A stretch of 64,000 nt of DNA. Source: a virus. Its lineage: Duplodnaviria; Heunggongvirae; Uroviricota; Caudoviricetes. Shown piece by piece: positions 61,866-64,000 of this stretch; within the stretch, counting starts at the first letter, position 1; the number at the start of each line of letters is the position of its first letter. The position numbers were made by a program, and so were the translations under genes. Location of the stretch: the IMG/VR virus record IMGVR_UViG_3300020451_002055. One strand, 5' to 3'. A model generated the notes under the pieces. It was not told the origin of the DNA. It saw only the letters and a list, made by a program, of their open reading frames with translations, and did not search any database.

Positions 61866-62183
61866 ATGCCAAGAGAAGACAAGGGCAAAGAGCTATACGA
61901 GCAGATCACTGAACAGGTACGACGGCGTGTTCGCGAAGCTGTCTTGGAGATTCTGCACGCCAACTCTGGCGGCATGAAGATGACCGCCCTTGTCGCGGAA
62001 CTCGTTGCCAGGTTCCATAGCGATACCGACATGGACATTTCAGACCTGATTACAAGCGGATGTCTCGATGTCATCTTGGAGCATTCCGCTTGCATCAAGG
62101 TTCACGAGTACGATTGGGACATGGAGAGCAGCAACGGAACAGGAAGGATTCGTAGCAAGCAGTTTGTTTGCACGAAGTTCTAA
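61866..62183 (+). CDS. hypothetical protein
   Basis: GGAGGT RBS. Confidence 0.65.
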   Translation: MPREDKGKELYEQITEQVRRRVREAVLEILHANSGGMKMTALVAELVARFHSDTDMDISDLITSGCLDVILEHSACIKVHEYDWDMESSNGTGRIRSKQFVCTKF

Positions 62184-62185
62184 TC

Positions 62186-63073
62186 ATGAGACGAACAGGC
62201 GGATCATCTAAACCTGATTGGGTCGGCATCGACGGCCAAGTCGTCGGTATTCAGCTTGGCGCAGATTTCTGCGCGGAGCATGAGTTCGGCATCAAGGACA
62301 TGAAGCGGTCGCTTGGGATCATGGACCGAGATGAGGCAAAGAAGAAGAAAGTTTTCGGGTTGCCTCGTTATCGAATTGGGGAAGTAAACCCGGATCATTT
62401 TCTCTTTGTCGAAACAAAAACGACTCACGAAGCAATTCTGATCTACAACCCGACTATTCTCGGGTCTAGCTGGAATTCAAACTACGCAGAAAAGCTTCGG
62501 GCACTGAATGTCAAGCAACTTGCTGACAAGCATGATATCCATTTCTTCAAGCCTTGGCGAGACGACGAAGAGCCTCAGACGCTTGCAACTGCATGGGACG
62601 GAAGTTCGTTCGGTATCCATGTCAAGGGCGAACAGCCGCACGCATGGCTCAAGGAACTGCATCAGGCGTTCCTCAATGGCGATGCGGTCATCTACCTCGG
62701 GCAGCCTCCCATTCCTGCGTTCTCCAACTCTTCATTGAACCTGATGATTGCTTCGAGGATCCCGCAAGAAGGCCTCGACACTATGGAGCAAGCTGATCGG
62801 GAACAATGGGAACTTGAGCGAGACGCAGAAAAGACAGGTATCGCAAAGAAGCTTGAAAAAGCAGGTCTCAGATACTACTCGCTCAAGCCCAGCCGAGGCG
62901 TTTTGGAGGATCGAGTCTCTCATGGCAAGACTCCTCCAACCAAGTATGACCTGATGTTTTGGCTCAACCCAAGAGAGCAAGACATTCACAACCACGGCTG
63001 GTTTACGGTCGAGGAACTGGAACAATGGATCGAAGGCAAAGGGCCGGTCCCTAAAAAGGAGACTACATCATGA
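62186..63073 (+). CDS. hypothetical protein
   Basis: 295-aa ORF. Confidence 0.7.
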   Translation: MRRTGGSSKPDWVGIDGQVVGIQLGADFCAEHEFGIKDMKRSLGIMDRDEAKKKKVFGLPRYRIGEVNPDHFLFVETKTTHEAILIYNPTILGSSWNSNYAEKLRALNVKQLADKHDIHFFKPWRDDEEPQTLATAWDGSSFGIHVKGEQPHAWLKELHQAFLNGDAVIYLGQPPIPAFSNSSLNLMIASRIPQEGLDTMEQADREQWELERDAEKTGIAKKLEKAGLRYYSLKPSRGVLEDRVSHGKTPPTKYDLMFWLNPREQDIHNHGWFTVEELEQWIEGKGPVPKKETTS

Positions 63074-63753
63074 TGTTCAGAGAATTCGAATCTACGGCCC
63101 ATCAGTTTCCTACGGAACTGCGTTTTCCTGAGTTCTCTGGTACTCGTATCATGATGATGCCGTTTGTCATCGGAGGAACGCTGCTCAGGCTCGCTCCTCA
63201 GTATCAAGACATGCTCGAAAAACTCAGCGAGCATATCGATGAGTTTACAGGTCAGACCGGATACCTGACGATCGATGAGAGCATTGTCTATGCTGGCAAG
63301 ACGTTGAGGCGTCCTGGTCTTCATGTAGATGGGGTCTACAACGGTTCCGCTGGCAGTTGGGGCGGCGGCGGAGGTTCATGGGGAGGCGGAGGCAAGAAGA
63401 ACCCGAACGATGGCAATGGCATGCTGCTTGCGTCGAGTACTCCCCACTGTCGATTCTACACTGGTATTTTCTCTGGCGAGATCGGAGACGACGGAGAATG
63501 CGACAGTATTGATGTATCTGACGCAAGAGTCTCTACCATCGAGCCAAACAGACCCTACTGGTGCAACCCTCTTTGCGTTCATGAATCGCTACCTGTTCTG
63601 ATTGATACGCCGAGACAGTTCATCAGAATCTCTCTACCGTCAACCGCTCCATGGTTCAAGGGTTACACAGAAAACCCGGATGGAGTTCCTCCTACTGGTC
63701 CTGTGCTTCCGGAAAGAACGAAATACATGGAGTCTTCTGCTCATAGCGGATAA
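63070..63753 (+). CDS. 2OG-Fe(II) oxygenase-like protein
   Basis: RRPGLHVDG (HxD), VHES, RQFIR; AAGGAG RBS. Confidence 0.7.
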   Translation: MMFREFESTAHQFPTELRFPEFSGTRIMMMPFVIGGTLLRLAPQYQDMLEKLSEHIDEFTGQTGYLTIDESIVYAGKTLRRPGLHVDGVYNGSAGSWGGGGGSWGGGGKKNPNDGNGMLLASSTPHCRFYTGIFSGEIGDDGECDSIDVSDARVSTIEPNRPYWCNPLCVHESLPVLIDTPRQFIRISLPSTAPWFKGYTENPDGVPPTGPVLPERTKYMESSAHSG

Positions 63754-63758
63754 TCAAA

Positions 63759-63832
63759 GTCCCGGTAGCTCAATTGGTAGAGCCGAGGATTCTAAATCCT
63801 TGAGAGTACGGGTTCGAGTCCCGTCCGGGGCA
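63759..63832 (+). tRNA. amber suppressor tRNA(CTA), second
   Basis: GAGGA-TT CTA AA-TCCTT; acceptor GTCCCGG/CCGGGGC, A73. Confidence 0.9.
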
Positions 63833-63834
63833 TT

Positions 63835-64000
63835 ATGACAAAACTGACAGATACCCGAAAAAACGCGCTCATTGCTCTTGGTCAACGAGAGGCAGAAGTC
63901 GGGCAGCTTCCCGGCTCCGGTCCTTCAAAGGGAGACAAATGCCTCTACATTTTCCCCGGTCGCTTCAGCCCGCAGATCGAATGGTGCCGCAAGGAAGGTC
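63835..64000 (+). CDS. hypothetical protein (runs off window)
   Basis: Open frame from ATG 63835 to window end. Confidence 0.5.
   Translation, partial: MTKLTDTRKNALIALGQREAEVGQLPGSGPSKGDKCLYIFPGRFSPQIEWCRKEG

Noticed and set aside
1-64000. Genome-wide TAG (or TGA) reassignment
   Set aside because: Conserved proteins end at TAG/TGA at their expected C-termini and ORFs are not fragmented under code 11
1-64000. CRISPR array, rRNA genes, integrase or IS transposase
   Set aside because: No regularly spaced direct repeats, rRNA signatures or transposase/integrase motifs seen

Overview
A 64-kb segment that looks like a large (jumbo-type) bacteriophage genome. It has densely packed, mostly plus-strand short ORFs, homing endonucleases and a huge stable-RNA complement, but no rRNA or housekeeping operons. 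No terminase or capsid gene lies inside the window, so a megaplasmid or prophage origin is not excluded. A GC-type dockerin-tailed M36 peptidase and a prepilin-type protein point to a Planctomycetota (Phycisphaerae-like) host (inference). Contents: (1) 1-13.4 kb: peptide deformylase, a host-like envelope cassette (2 substrate-binding/OmpA fusions, vWA, PspA-like, SBP, ABC permease and ATPase) and the M36 peptidase. (2) 15.7-39.9 kb: a tRNA array interleaved with HNH/LAGLIDADG endonucleases, RNA ligase, 2H phosphoesterase, RNase HI, three glycosyltransferase-like paralogs, a methyltransferase, a catalytic-domain-only HisRS and a minimal 228-nt RNase P RNA. The window has 36 tRNAs with readable anticodons plus 2 aberrant ones; two of the 36 are amber (CUA) suppressors located further downstream. 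(3) 39.9-44.6 kb: an inverted three-gene cassette. (4) 44.7-64 kb: Thg1, an RF1-like release factor, DUF6065 pair, tmRNA, DUF262, WGR-PARP, radical SAM, a phosphoesterase-antitoxin fusion and a 2OG-Fe(II) oxygenase. Most striking observations: two genes appear split by +1 frameshift cassettes of identical geometry (SD - 3 nt - P-site codon - A-site sensor). One is a textbook prfB site (CTT TGA C) in an RF1-like gene. The other is GTT CAT in the HisRS gene, i.e. a possible His-tRNA-sensing switch. In addition, five 143-170-nt highly structured tRNA-like RNAs sit in the array like tRNA genes. All calls are by eye, without database searches or folding software.
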